Virus record (IMG/VR): IMGVR_UViG_3300024243_000002 | DNA length: 48,352 nucleotides | Direction: 5' to 3' (one strand) | From: a virus | Shown: positions 18,731-29,802 of the stretch, piece by piece | Layout of the letters: every line of letters begins with the position of its first letter | Numbering within the stretch: position 1 is the first letter of the stretch | The notes under the pieces: model-generated | Databases searched by the model: none | What the model was told of the DNA's origin: nothing | What the model saw: only the letters and a program-made list of their open reading frames with translations | Program-made: the position numbers and the translations under genes

Positions 18731-21700
18731 TCATACATAGCTAACCCTAATCTCTATTTCCGAAAGTCCCCATGCATCCGCCGAGTACGCAAAGCTCTCA
18801 ACAAATATCCAAGAAGAAGCAATCCTAGGCACTTCTTCCCACTCGCTCCATGCGTGCGTCTCTTCATATTCACCCCAAAGAAGCCTGCACTCAATTAGCA
18901 TATTTGGGTAATTTCCCCATAAGGACATCGGACCAGATATTGATATTTGGAAATCGCCAACAATTACACCTGAACATGGATACCTATTAATAACCCTGTT
19001 CGATGCTCCGCGGACATGGTACTTTTTCCCGCCAAATCCTTGATATGCCCATATGTCATCATCGTCTCCACTAACGGTATCTCCAGCCCATGATAGCTTT
19101 ACCCATGATCTTACTGAAGCTTCTGGCAGCGCCTGATCTATCGGCTCGTACAGGCACTCTATCTCTCCTGGGCTATCCTCTTCAACGGTTACTGTGTGTA
19201 TTGCTGGGCAAACAGAATAGTAACTGGCCATATTGCCTGTTCCAGCAACAAGAACGTCATCTTCTGCTATTATCGCGTATTCTCCTATTGGAACAGTACT
19301 ATTTACTAGGCTGCCGGTTACTTCTGGATTTATGTACCCGTTTGGACCGAGAACAGTAAAAGTCGTATCCTCCGTGAAATATGAACCCCAGGAATCGCCA
19401 ACACGCAACCTTTCTTTTGGTGTCACCGTAAGCGTTCCAGTAGGATACTGTGGATTTGAATAAAGAGCGATAACATCATGATAATAATTAAGTCCAGCTG
19501 GCTCATTAATAGTTACTGAACTTGGAGCTACATAGATACCAGAATCAAGAAACTCTACAGTATATGGATAATCAAAAAATCCCTGCCCTACAGTATCACT
19601 ATCAAATTCAAGTTCCCCAGATTCAACTAAAACAATATCCATGTTGCTGTCTTTTAAATACCAAACTGCATCATCCAGCGTATTGCCATTATGTATTGGA
19701 TTGATATGAAATGTTGGAGTTCGCACATGCTTATACTCACCGCGTAAATAGTTGGTAGTCCATGAAACCTCTTCTCCGTACTGAGTGGGCTCTGGCTTAA
19801 CGAAATCAAGCAAATCCGGCCACTCAAGAACTCTTATTGATGTACCGGCTGGATAAGTAAATGAATCCCACTGGCCATTATGATAAGTAAAATCCAGGTT
19901 ACTTTCTTCGCCATCCGGATCTCTCTTTAACGCCCTAACATAATCAATATTCGTCCCACCGGTGGCATCAAATTGCCACTCAGTACCATTATTGAGAGCT
20001 ATAAGAATTGTCCACACTTCATCGTCTTCTGGGATGGCAGAAGCATAATATCCTTCATAGACTCCAGTTTCTTCACCTTCAGTAGTAGAATATTCAGCCC
20101 TATCACTACCATACGAAAGGATAGGTTGATCAGGCGGCGTTGTATAGGTCGCTATGTCCTGCCAGTCAATCATCATTGTATACTCTGGGTTGTTCTCCAC
20201 CCTCGGCGATCGATCAACCTGGAGGAAATACGGCCCCTTGTCTGGCATTGATAACACGGGTGTTACATATTCATCAGCGGATTCATCAGAAAAGCTTTTG
20301 TATACCATGAATCCCATTACATCTCTTCTGGTTTCGCTCAGCGGATGCGGCTGGATTTTGGCACAATATCTTCTGTCCCAAAAATACATTAACGACTCAA
20401 TTAAGTGATTCGTAACTGTAATTGTTGAAGAAATTCTAGCAAATCGATTCGTCCAGTCAGCACCATTGCCAGTGCCTATCGTGAATCCACTATCGGCATT
20501 AGTCCAGGTGTCACCATTATCAGTATATGTATATGGAAGACTATCAGCTTCTCCGGCAGTCCAAACAACACGACATACATCATCAAAAACCGGCGAAGTA
20601 TTTTCTGCTTCAAATGGAGGCGGGCCATTAGTTGACCATCTAGTATCTTCTTTCCACGATCTGCCTACTCCCGCTTCAAAAATTTCACATTCAAGATCCG
20701 TAACACTCGTACTGTCTACGTCTACTGGATAATCAAATGGATTATAAACCTCAGCCTTTGCTAAAATAGAAGAATTATTTGGAACAGCGACATACGTTGC
20801 AACAAAATCTAAGTCCTGTACAACCTCGCTGGTTGTGCCTAAAATTACACTCGGGGGATCCCACAATGGCTCATCTTCAGTATGAAGCTTATATGTTCCA
20901 TAAGAGCCGTTTAAATATTCAGCATAGTTGCCATGATAATCTATCATTCCGCCATCAGGTTTTTCAAGCGTCATCGGGTAAATAAAATTATTCGGACCCG
21001 TTCTTGTCATTGTTATTACGGACGTAGTTTGGGTAAGATAAATAGGCGCAGTTGCTTCATCTTCTCCGTCTGCAACAGACACAACAATGGAACCAGGAGT
21101 GACGTATCCAGAAAAATATTGTGGAACAATTTGATATGTTCCAACTGGAACCGGCACTGTCTCACTACCTACGCCACCATAGTAAAAAAGACCACTAAGA
21201 CCATTTATATACCATGGAGCCTCAAGGGTTGACCCATCGGAGTCTTCTGGAGTAACGCTGATAGTGCCGCTAATAAAATCATATACGCCGGTGAATGTAT
21301 GTAACTGGCCTATACTTGTCGGGGTCCACAATTCTAACGATGGAGTTGTATGATATTCTAAATCAAGCCAAGTTACCGTAAACGGATCATGAATATGGCT
21401 GGCCGTTAATACAGTAGGACCAATCCCGCCATGCGGTAGTAATGGATCGCCTGAGTATGCCAGCTCCCAGGCAGCATTAGATAATATATTACCGTCTTCA
21501 TCCCTTGGATCGATCTCCAACGTATGCAGCGGGTAATACATAAAGCTTATGTCTTCTGTGTACGCACCCTCCGGCTCTAGCGGGTAACTGCTATCATTAA
21601 ATGATAGCGTAATAGGTCCGTCAGATGTATGAGCTGGAACGCTGCCGCTTTCCGCTATGCCAATCAAATCAAAAACTATATTTGGCTGAGGCAGTCTTGC

Positions 21701-22177
21701 GCCAGCCGTATATGTAGCGGTCATAGTCTCTTCGTTTATACTAAAACTGTCATATGTGATTTCAATAAAATTATTACCCCAAGTCTTCATCCTTATTCCA
21801 ATATTTTCAACATCCCCACCATTTCCTGCGTAAAGGGCGTAATTGATGGAAACATTAATTATGCAATTAGAAACCGAACTTGACGCCTGAGAAGCTGCGC
21901 CCCTCGCTCTATCTGCACTATCATCCGCTTCAATGCCAACCCTATAAACTTTACCGTCCTGCTTGATACGCAAGTCCTTGTCGTTCCCGACTCCTCTTAC
22001 GCCAACGAGCCCATCGCGATTATCGTACCCGCCATCCCTGCGGATTCTTCCTGGAGGAGTAATATCACGATCTTCATTATGAATACTTTTATCTTCTCTG
22101 CCAGCAAGCAGGCTACCGCCATGCAGGTCGGCCAATGATTTTTCTCGTAGTTCTCTTATTTCTTTACGCGTAACCAT
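18731..22177 (-). CDS. Tail fibre / receptor-binding protein candidate (1,148 aa)
   Basis: Very large ORF after the tail genes. It is Thr/Ser/Gly/Tyr/Trp-rich with several similar beta-sandwich-like modules (for example VPVGTYQIVPQYFSGYVTPGSIVVSV and STVPIGEYAIIAEDD). No database check was possible. Confidence 0.6.
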   Translation of the reverse strand: MVTRKEIRELREKSLADLHGGSLLAGREDKSIHNEDRDITPPGRIRRDGGYDNRDGLVGVRGVGNDKDLRIKQDGKVYRVGIEADDSADRARGAASQASSSVSNCIINVSINYALYAGNGGDVENIGIRMKTWGNNFIEITYDSFSINEETMTATYTAGARLPQPNIVFDLIGIAESGSVPAHTSDGPITLSFNDSSYPLEPEGAYTEDISFMYYPLHTLEIDPRDEDGNILSNAAWELAYSGDPLLPHGGIGPTVLTASHIHDPFTVTWLDLEYHTTPSLELWTPTSIGQLHTFTGVYDFISGTISVTPEDSDGSTLEAPWYINGLSGLFYYGGVGSETVPVPVGTYQIVPQYFSGYVTPGSIVVSVADGEDEATAPIYLTQTTSVITMTRTGPNNFIYPMTLEKPDGGMIDYHGNYAEYLNGSYGTYKLHTEDEPLWDPPSVILGTTSEVVQDLDFVATYVAVPNNSSILAKAEVYNPFDYPVDVDSTSVTDLECEIFEAGVGRSWKEDTRWSTNGPPPFEAENTSPVFDDVCRVVWTAGEADSLPYTYTDNGDTWTNADSGFTIGTGNGADWTNRFARISSTITVTNHLIESLMYFWDRRYCAKIQPHPLSETRRDVMGFMVYKSFSDESADEYVTPVLSMPDKGPYFLQVDRSPRVENNPEYTMMIDWQDIATYTTPPDQPILSYGSDRAEYSTTEGEETGVYEGYYASAIPEDDEVWTILIALNNGTEWQFDATGGTNIDYVRALKRDPDGEESNLDFTYHNGQWDSFTYPAGTSIRVLEWPDLLDFVKPEPTQYGEEVSWTTNYLRGEYKHVRTPTFHINPIHNGNTLDDAVWYLKDSNMDIVLVESGELEFDSDTVGQGFFDYPYTVEFLDSGIYVAPSSVTINEPAGLNYYHDVIALYSNPQYPTGTLTVTPKERLRVGDSWGSYFTEDTTFTVLGPNGYINPEVTGSLVNSTVPIGEYAIIAEDDVLVAGTGNMASYYSVCPAIHTVTVEEDSPGEIECLYEPIDQALPEASVRSWVKLSWAGDTVSGDDDDIWAYQGFGGKKYHVRGASNRVINRYPCSGVIVGDFQISISGPMSLWGNYPNMLIECRLLWGEYEETHAWSEWEEVPRIASSWIFVESFAYSADAWGLSEIEIRVSYV

Positions 22178-25047
22178 TATTTAATCTTCTTTGGCTTGTA
22201 AGAAATTTCTATTGAGTCAATAGATTCATCAGCATAGAACTCGCCATATGCATGCAATATAATAAATGCACCCTTGCCTCTTGTTCTTATTTTATTAGAC
22301 CCAGAAACTACCGCCTCTGTATCAGTGGCAACAGTAGCGGCAATGTCCGATGATGCCGTAGCTCCAATAATTATTTCGCCAGCATAAGTACTGGAAAAAT
22401 AAATCTTCTTTATCTTTTTAACAATACCCTGTCTTCCAATAGCATTAGGACCAGAATCTATTTCCCAAAGTATACTACCGGCTTCGCTAGAGCCGACTCT
22501 TATGCCAAGAGTACTGACATTAGAATAATATTCTTCACCATCGGCGCCATCAAAGAAAAACATCTCGTACACGTCTGTAAGTTCGGCTGTGCCTAATTCG
22601 TGAGTATGCCACGCCCCTCCAACAAAATCATAAACCAAAACATTTGTCCCATCTGAGTAGTCCTCAACGACCCACAGCTGTTTCTTGATATTGTTATACG
22701 CAAGCATTTTGATGGAGGGGAGGCCACCGACCTTGCTAGTATATCTTGATTCTATTTTATTCACGGTCAAGTCAACTACTTTTGTACCGTCAAACAAATA
22801 AACTCCGTGCTTTCCGCACCATGCAATACCAAACGGAGTCTCTACGATATGCCTTTTACTCAAGCACCCGTCAGCTAAATGCCCGCCCAGTATTCTCCAG
22901 GAAGACGATGCTCCGCCACTCGCATCTATAAAATGAACAGCTCCAGTAAAGAAACAAACAATGATTGACTTAAATGATTTAACCGCGACCTTGGAACCTG
23001 CATCTTTCTGCCCAAGCTCTATAAAGTTTCCTCTCCAGTCGGAAAAATTTCCGTACTCTGAAAAGAAAAGCCTGCTCCCGTAGTGGTCCAATCCGCCTTC
23101 AACGGTTTCAGTAGTCCCGCCAAGAGCGAGAAGCCTGTTTGCGTGTATGTGATATGTATCACTGATAACATTTGTTGTATCATCTGCAATTACTTCTATT
23201 GACGGTATCAGCGGATCGCTAATTCCCAATCTTGGGGAATTTAAAACCAAATCACCAGTAGTAACCATGTCGTCATAACCAAGCGCGCCATGGGGTGTAA
23301 AGGCAACGCCTGGATATTGGCCGTCTCCAAGAAACAGCATCTGATCTATATAATAAGGATATAAAGCTGCCTCAAAAGTTCTCTCACACCACGCGCTGCC
23401 GTAAGTTGTAGCCGAAACCGTCATGTCAATTTTAGGATAATAATAAGAGCCAAAGCTGCCCATATCGCGGCCTGGCTCTTTCCACATACGATGAACAAGG
23501 GATTTAAAGTTGGCGTTCTGCGTCTCGCCCTCAGAGTGTCCGTATAAGTACATACCCGTAGAAATCGCGCCAAGTATAACATATAAATCATCTTCCGATT
23601 TTCTTCTCTGCTGAAAATTGCTAATTGGGATATATGATATTATTGTGTCTGCGTTGGAGCATCCATAATAATCATAATTGTAGTATCCAATTTTTGGCAA
23701 ATACCCACCGCATACTCCACGAATAGTAACCGACCTGTCGCCCTTCCATACTGCATTCGCACATGGCTTGTGGGTTAAATCTGATTCCGAATAACGATGT
23801 AGTGGTATATATTTAAAATACTCCTGGCCGGCAAAATCGGCACCCTCTGCGGCCTGCCACCCCATATACTCGAAGTGACTCCGATAGCCATCATCTTCAT
23901 CAGTAATCAGGGTCGACCCTGAATTATAATGCCCAATGGCACCACTACCAGCGCGAAGCAATTGCGACCCATCGGCCGTCATTGTGTACGACTGAGAACC
24001 GATTGATTCATTTACTGCGTCTTCTGTCAAATCTATAGTTCTCGCAAGCTCCCAATCAAGCCCTTCAGTCTTTCCGTTTATTCTACGAAATATCCTAATG
24101 GCTGAAATGTCCGTATTCGCAGAAAGATAGCTTTTGCTAACAAATAGATTTAATGAAATTCTTCCCCTGGCCGCACTGCACGTACCATTAACAACGCCCT
24201 CACTTAATCCGGAAAGCGCTCCATCTCTAAATACTGCCTGAATCCTATACTCAAGCCTTTCACTTGCTTCCAAATAATCTATCTGGCCACCAACAAGATC
24301 TTCTACATAATCAGAAACTCTCTCTGATTCAATAAACCCTAAAACCAAAACAACATCTTCGCTTGCGTCCGAATATTCGCTGCCCAAAGATGGAGCGTCT
24401 TTCTTTAAGCTCGTAACCATCCATTCATCACTAACAGAATACAAGAACTCGCCAACATCTAAATCCGCCTCCGATGCGTTAACTAAACGCTCGCCATAAA
24501 TTGTAGACCCATCAAGTTCGTCATAAGTAATATCGGTAGTATCAATAGCTGCTGCAGAAATAATATCATGTCCCGAAACATACGAAAGAATATAAACTGA
24601 ATACGCCCAATTATCTTCGTCCTGCTTAGCGCCGCCATAAACAAATATATAAAACCTGCCATCAACATCTTCAATAAAGCACTCATCAATATCGACCAAA
24701 TCATACTCGCCGCTCACTGATGCACATATTGTTTCGCTCAGTGCCGGAGTATAGCCATGCAAATTAATTATTAAATTACTTCCGTCATTTTCTAACTCTA
24801 TTACTCCGTTGCCGCCCCACGTAACAGATCCAGAAGGATCGTGCATCTGCATTCCACAATACTTACCACAGCCGGCCCCATCAGGAAAGTCCGTACTCGT
24901 CCATTGCTTGCGAGGGCGAAGCTCGCCCGGTCTGTCCAATTCAAGATTAACCAGCTCTCGAACATAGCCTGGAGTTATGTCACCATCGGTAATACCGAGG
25001 TGCCACATTATTTCTAATATCTGTTTCGGTATCTCTGGATACTGCAT
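22177..25047 (-). CDS. Large tail structural protein (956 aa; nozzle, tail-tubular-B or tailspike-like)
   Basis: Large ORF with beta-rich composition, following the small connector-sized genes. Its stop/start overlaps the next gene. The role is inferred from position. Confidence 0.55.
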   Translation of the reverse strand: MQYPEIPKQILEIMWHLGITDGDITPGYVRELVNLELDRPGELRPRKQWTSTDFPDGAGCGKYCGMQMHDPSGSVTWGGNGVIELENDGSNLIINLHGYTPALSETICASVSGEYDLVDIDECFIEDVDGRFYIFVYGGAKQDEDNWAYSVYILSYVSGHDIISAAAIDTTDITYDELDGSTIYGERLVNASEADLDVGEFLYSVSDEWMVTSLKKDAPSLGSEYSDASEDVVLVLGFIESERVSDYVEDLVGGQIDYLEASERLEYRIQAVFRDGALSGLSEGVVNGTCSAARGRISLNLFVSKSYLSANTDISAIRIFRRINGKTEGLDWELARTIDLTEDAVNESIGSQSYTMTADGSQLLRAGSGAIGHYNSGSTLITDEDDGYRSHFEYMGWQAAEGADFAGQEYFKYIPLHRYSESDLTHKPCANAVWKGDRSVTIRGVCGGYLPKIGYYNYDYYGCSNADTIISYIPISNFQQRRKSEDDLYVILGAISTGMYLYGHSEGETQNANFKSLVHRMWKEPGRDMGSFGSYYYPKIDMTVSATTYGSAWCERTFEAALYPYYIDQMLFLGDGQYPGVAFTPHGALGYDDMVTTGDLVLNSPRLGISDPLIPSIEVIADDTTNVISDTYHIHANRLLALGGTTETVEGGLDHYGSRLFFSEYGNFSDWRGNFIELGQKDAGSKVAVKSFKSIIVCFFTGAVHFIDASGGASSSWRILGGHLADGCLSKRHIVETPFGIAWCGKHGVYLFDGTKVVDLTVNKIESRYTSKVGGLPSIKMLAYNNIKKQLWVVEDYSDGTNVLVYDFVGGAWHTHELGTAELTDVYEMFFFDGADGEEYYSNVSTLGIRVGSSEAGSILWEIDSGPNAIGRQGIVKKIKKIYFSSTYAGEIIIGATASSDIAATVATDTEAVVSGSNKIRTRGKGAFIILHAYGEFYADESIDSIEISYKPKKIK

Positions 25048-25397
25048 TAAATCCCGCCAGTCTTTATAACTCCAGTAGTCCCATCAAAATCATCATCTCC
25101 ATACACGCGCCTGACTTCTCTTTCAAGAAGATAAGATTGCTGCATGAAATAAGTGGCCTTAGTAATATCTCCACTCATTTCAGAAAGTCTTCGTTGTACT
25201 CTATTCATAACCAACTGAACAAGCTCTTCTGAAAGCGGAACGTCTTGTTCCATTATCTCGCCATCAAAGCCGCCTTCGGCGGCCCTGTCAAACGCAGACA
25301 GATCGTATCCATTATGATACACCGCAACATTGGCGGCAATAGCTGGGGCCGGATAGACCCATAGTTGACCGTCAGACCAAGACCAATGTAAATCCAT
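25047..25397 (-). CDS. Small head-tail joining protein candidate (116 aa)
   Basis: ORF overlap-coupled on both sides within the morphogenesis block. Confidence 0.5.
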   Translation of the reverse strand: MDLHWSWSDGQLWVYPAPAIAANVAVYHNGYDLSAFDRAAEGGFDGEIMEQDVPLSEELVQLVMNRVQRRLSEMSGDITKATYFMQQSYLLEREVRRVYGDDDFDGTTGVIKTGGI

Positions 25398-25678
25398 TAC
25401 TGCCTCCCCGATTGATATTCCGTACCAAGAGCCTCATACATTGTTTTCCATGGCACTTTTACATACCTTTTGCCCTCTACGAATACATCTGTTACTGGCG
25501 GCCTGAAGTCGGTACCAAGAGAATATGTTCCCTCTCCGACATAGCTAGAGAATTCTGATTTAGAAAATGTTTTCGATATGTACTTTAATTCTCCATGCAA
25601 TATGTTGAGAAACATCTGCCTTGAAATATCAGCACCAAAAACAATAATGGCCTGCTCGTACAATTCTTTAATTTTCAT
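25397..25678 (-). CDS. Small structural protein candidate (93 aa)
   Basis: ORF overlap-coupled on both sides within the morphogenesis block. Confidence 0.5.
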   Translation of the reverse strand: MKIKELYEQAIIVFGADISRQMFLNILHGELKYISKTFSKSEFSSYVGEGTYSLGTDFRPPVTDVFVEGKRYVKVPWKTMYEALGTEYQSGRQ

Positions 25679-26295
25679 TACCTGCTATCCTGACTGCCCA
25701 TATTAATTTGAGCGCCCTTGCCCTTTGCAGCGATATACACACTAGACATCTTTGACTGATATAAATTCATGTCTCCAACCTGAGCAGCTGCAGTTCCAAT
25801 CGCGTAATCTATAATCATGTAATGCAGTGACGCATTGAAGTCCGGAGAGCCGGAATCGTCCGCGTATGTCGCAGTCTCACCAGTAACGGTTACGTAATAA
25901 GTTGGCTCTTTTAAAAATGTTAAGTCAAAATCCTCTCCTTCCCCTGGAGCCGGCGAAACGTTTACCCCGCCAGCCGAAACCGAAGCGATAGTATCATATG
26001 TACCGATGCTTTTAAATGTCTCAAAATTAATTTTCGGCATAAGCCTGAATAAAGCACCAGAGCTATCTGCCAAAGCTATCTCTTTTATAAATCCATCTGG
26101 AGCATTCCCTGCGCCTGATTCATATATGGTTACGACTTTAGTAGAATGAAGTTCTTGTAGCAACGACGGTGGCAGCGTGTTAACGATCCAAGACTGAGCA
26201 GCGTCAACCGCTTCTCCAAATTGAAACTGGCTTATTTTAGTAGCATGTTCACCAAGCCCTAAATAAAAAGAAGCCCTGATTTCTCCATATAACAT
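25678..26295 (-). CDS. Head-tail adaptor / tail-tubular-A-sized protein candidate (205 aa)
   Basis: ORF in the morphogenesis block. Call rests on size and position only. Confidence 0.5.
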   Translation of the reverse strand: MLYGEIRASFYLGLGEHATKISQFQFGEAVDAAQSWIVNTLPPSLLQELHSTKVVTIYESGAGNAPDGFIKEIALADSSGALFRLMPKINFETFKSIGTYDTIASVSAGGVNVSPAPGEGEDFDLTFLKEPTYYVTVTGETATYADDSGSPDFNASLHYMIIDYAIGTAAAQVGDMNLYQSKMSSVYIAAKGKGAQINMGSQDSR

Positions 26296-26298
26296 AAT

Positions 26299-27432
26299 CT
26301 ATCCTTCTTGTTCTGCAGGAGCACCTGCGAGTGTTGCCAAAATTTGGCGGAATTCTTGGTACAATGCTGCGTACGCATTCAACTCATCGTCCTGCTGTCT
26401 TGCCTGCGCAGCCGCATAAGCAGAGATAGCGCCTATCCATTTATCCGGAATATGAGAAAGCACCGATGGGTTTTTTACAAACCAAACCTTTGCATCTCTA
26501 TTATATGCCGGATGATAAAAGAACCTATCACCAGACAAGGCATAGCCCGGCCTGTCATCTGAAAACTGAAAATTTAAAAATCCAGTATGAAAATCAAAAA
26601 GATCTTCGGTAACTTGTATCCCTGGAATATTAAAATCAAACGAAGAAATACTTGCTGTATTTTTTTCTACGTGCGCTCCATAAAGAGCCGTTCCTTCACC
26701 GGCCGCAATAACGTCTGGGCCGTCTACTGGAACAGATGGAAATATTCTTATAAAAAATTCTTCTGGAAGTTCTTCATGTCCAGTAAAAAACCCTCCTATT
26801 CTATACCATCCATTTCCGCGATCGATACATTCTCCGGATGGGTTGTATGGTGCGCTACCGTAAGGACTAAAGCTTTCAAGAACTTCGTCGTCCCAATAAA
26901 TAGAACAAGTCACAATGGCAGTTTCGCCAATTACCGCCTGAAGAGTCGTCTTGTCTGAGCCGTTTGTGTTTTTTACATTAATACTAAAAGCAACTCGCTC
27001 TCCCTCTTCAACAGTATAATTTACCGTCTTCACGGCCTGCCAATCATAGTTATCAGTAGTGACCCATATTTGCGCATCGCTGCCATCCGGAGCGTCCGCT
27101 ACTCCATTCTGAGTTAACAGGTGGTAAGCGTTATGAGGGCTCCAAGTACCGGTACTTGTCTTAAAATCAACAGGATCTGCAATTAAATTAATAGCACCAA
27201 ACTTTGCTCTGTGAAATTTAACAAAAGCAGGAATCTGCTCACCGCTGCTAGTTACAACATGCTCCAATAAAAGCGTATCTGCTTTGCCTGACGGCATAAG
27301 CGCAGCCATTTGCTGGGCTCCGTCAATAGCCCATCTAGTTATTTGATCGCTTGACGGAATAGAATCATTATCTATTGGCACATCTATTTTAGCCCCCACT
27401 GCATAGCCTAAATCTTCCGGAGTTATTGTCAT
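26299..27432 (-). CDS. Capsid decoration / head-fibre candidate with a jelly-roll-like C-terminal half (377 aa)
   Basis: The ORF track opens at 27471, but the ATG at 27432 (MTITPEDLG...) lies 6 nt after GGAGA, so I prefer it. The gene is immediately downstream of the major capsid gene. The GNGWYR-containing segment resembles carbohydrate-binding jelly-roll modules seen in phage structural proteins (from memory, unverified). Confidence 0.5.
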   Translation of the reverse strand: MTITPEDLGYAVGAKIDVPIDNDSIPSSDQITRWAIDGAQQMAALMPSGKADTLLLEHVVTSSGEQIPAFVKFHRAKFGAINLIADPVDFKTSTGTWSPHNAYHLLTQNGVADAPDGSDAQIWVTTDNYDWQAVKTVNYTVEEGERVAFSINVKNTNGSDKTTLQAVIGETAIVTCSIYWDDEVLESFSPYGSAPYNPSGECIDRGNGWYRIGGFFTGHEELPEEFFIRIFPSVPVDGPDVIAAGEGTALYGAHVEKNTASISSFDFNIPGIQVTEDLFDFHTGFLNFQFSDDRPGYALSGDRFFYHPAYNRDAKVWFVKNPSVLSHIPDKWIGAISAYAAAQARQQDDELNAYAALYQEFRQILATLAGAPAEQEG

Positions 27433-27509
27433 TTCTTTTCTCCTATTTAAGCAGCAGGGGCTGGTGGGCAACCCCCACTGCTACGGTCGACTGACCTGCT
27501 AAAGCCATT

Positions 27510-29036
27510 CTATAGGTCTGCACCCAATTTTAGAATAGCGTGTGTTGACTCATGGCGAGCCTCAAATCCAGTCTCAGTCATGAAATAATCAAGTTGCCCA
27601 TCAATTTCATTTGTTCCTACATTTGAGAATAGCTGAGTATCGCGACTTGCAAGCGGACGCATTTCTATGTTCGGCATATCTACTACCAGAGCATAGTCTT
27701 CGTACTTTCCGCGGAACAGAGGCATTGGAACAAATCTCAAGTTACCTACTGGTGAAGTAAACTCATTGATCTTCAGTCCAATTGCATTTTCCGATCGCGA
27801 CCAGTTGCCAAACGTGTATGTGTTACTTGTGGAATCTGCGGCATATGAACTCAACGCAAGCATCCATTTATTAGAGGCGAACACGATCTTAGTTGAACTC
27901 GGAGAGTCAACAGTATCATCAAATATTGCCTCACACAAATCGTTAATTTTAGCAACAGACGGAGAGCTGGTATCAAAGCGGAAATCGTTATTCCACTCAC
28001 CATTTTTGGTTTTGATAATACCAGCAGTAGCTTGTGGCTGCCCAACTCCAAGTCCCATAAATCTTGTCAGAGGATTTTCTGCTGTCGTTGGAAGCTCACC
28101 CCAATCAGTATGCTCAGTCCCGCCGCCCTGGAATAGAATAGCTCTCTCTAATTCAGTCTTATGCTGGATGGCCTTACGCAAGCGCAACCTTGCCAGCTCT
28201 GGACCCCCATACATCTTAACTACTTTTAAAGTATTTGCAATGCTGTAAGGAGTCTTAAAGATCTGAGTGTAGTTATGGAATGAACGAGAAACTTTACGAG
28301 TCTCATTTGGCAAACCAGAACCCTGCGCATATCCCTTTAACGCTTCATCTGGCGTAGTAGTGTGAACCATAACTTCACAAGTTACTCCATCCGCGCCCAT
28401 AGGATCTCCGGCTTCTCCTCGCCAGTCATCTGTATCGAAAGCCTCATCGGTATACACATCGGATGTAATCGCAGAAATTTCTCCTAGTACACCACCAACA
28501 ACTACATCGTCATCAATTTCTTGCAACACAATAGAATTCAAGTAGAACTCAGATGTTGTATCTCCTTCATTTGAACTTGTCAACTGGCGAGAAATTGTAC
28601 CATATCTCAGTGCGTTCATATTTGGCTGGAATGTATATGAAACATCTCCATTATTTATAGTCATTACAATAGTCGGCTTGTCATCTGAATAAGTATCAGC
28701 CTTGGCCGCCGCCTCAATTGCCTGCCAGTCGGCTCCGCTCTTCAGCTGAAGCAAATAAATGTGAGCATCATCGCCAACAGTTATATATTTAAGAGTTGCC
28801 TTAAAGTCACGATGAGTAAATAGCTCATCTTCCATCCAACTGAATACAGTGTTGTGACAAGGTGTCTTTCGTACCATGGTCGCCCATGATAAAAAAGGAC
28901 TTGCCGAAGGTGATAGTAAATGGACACGCTCTTTCATGTCCAAAACGAATCGATCTGGATTATTAAAGCCCGTGCCATAACCCATATACTGATCTTGTGT
29001 ATTTTGTGAACCTACGTCCACGCCTATAGTAGCCAT
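27510..29036 (-). CDS. Major capsid protein (508 aa)
   Basis: Canonical portal-scaffold-capsid order. The size and the N-terminal region (SPFLSW...FSWMEDELF) resemble HK97-fold capsid proteins of podoviruses. Not verifiable here by search. Confidence 0.75.
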   Translation of the reverse strand: MATIGVDVGSQNTQDQYMGYGTGFNNPDRFVLDMKERVHLLSPSASPFLSWATMVRKTPCHNTVFSWMEDELFTHRDFKATLKYITVGDDAHIYLLQLKSGADWQAIEAAAKADTYSDDKPTIVMTINNGDVSYTFQPNMNALRYGTISRQLTSSNEGDTTSEFYLNSIVLQEIDDDVVVGGVLGEISAITSDVYTDEAFDTDDWRGEAGDPMGADGVTCEVMVHTTTPDEALKGYAQGSGLPNETRKVSRSFHNYTQIFKTPYSIANTLKVVKMYGGPELARLRLRKAIQHKTELERAILFQGGGTEHTDWGELPTTAENPLTRFMGLGVGQPQATAGIIKTKNGEWNNDFRFDTSSPSVAKINDLCEAIFDDTVDSPSSTKIVFASNKWMLALSSYAADSTSNTYTFGNWSRSENAIGLKINEFTSPVGNLRFVPMPLFRGKYEDYALVVDMPNIEMRPLASRDTQLFSNVGTNEIDGQLDYFMTETGFEARHESTHAILKLGADL

Positions 29037-29052
29037 ACTTTTCTTCCTTTAA

Positions 29053-29802
29053 TTATAGGTCATTCGCGTCAGGCACATAGTTGTGCCCTCCCTCGTGACT
29101 CATGTATTGATTAGCATTAGGACGATCTGTCGTACCACCCATATCGGTGATAGACGGTCCACCCGCTACTTCTTTTTTCTGTTGACCTTTTCCCGGCAGA
29201 TCGTTCTCTCCTTTTACTCTTTTAGACTGGCTCTCATATGCAGCCCATAAATCCTGCACAGTAGTGCCGCTAGGGTTTTTTAGGAATTCTAAGAATTCAT
29301 CTACCGTATGGTCCGGCACGCCGATGTCACCCAGCGTACCTACAAAAGCCTGAACATCTTCTTGAGCTTTCTGAATGGCTCGCTCATTCGCAACCTGCGT
29401 CCGCAGATCATCTGGGGACGGTGCTTGCTTTTTAGGTGCGTCACCTTCATCTGGTGCTCCCCACGGGTAATCTGGGCTACTGTAATCAGTATCCTCAACA
29501 CCCGCGACTTCACGACTAAGCTTTTCTTCTAACACCTTGACGACATCTGGCCGAGACTTCAGTTCATCAATAAGAGCCTCATATTGCGCGAGATCATTAT
29601 GATCTGCAGCCGCTCTATTGTATTTGTTCTTCCAGTACTCTGCACCTTCGTCAGGTTTGTTCTCGTTATCTGGATCAGCTGTTGTTACTTCGCCGGATTC
29701 GAGATCTAGCTCTTTTATGTCGCCTTGGCGAGAATCAAGAGCCGTCATTTCTTCAGTAAATCCATTTTCATCTACTGCTAGTTCTTTGTTTTCCTCTGTC
29801 AT
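29053..29802 (-). CDS. Scaffolding protein candidate (249 aa, very acidic)
   Basis: Lies between portal and capsid. Asp/Glu/Lys-rich and predicted helical or disordered. Confidence 0.6.
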   Translation of the reverse strand: MTEENKELAVDENGFTEEMTALDSRQGDIKELDLESGEVTTADPDNENKPDEGAEYWKNKYNRAAADHNDLAQYEALIDELKSRPDVVKVLEEKLSREVAGVEDTDYSSPDYPWGAPDEGDAPKKQAPSPDDLRTQVANERAIQKAQEDVQAFVGTLGDIGVPDHTVDEFLEFLKNPSGTTVQDLWAAYESQSKRVKGENDLPGKGQQKKEVAGGPSITDMGGTTDRPNANQYMSHEGGHNYVPDANDL

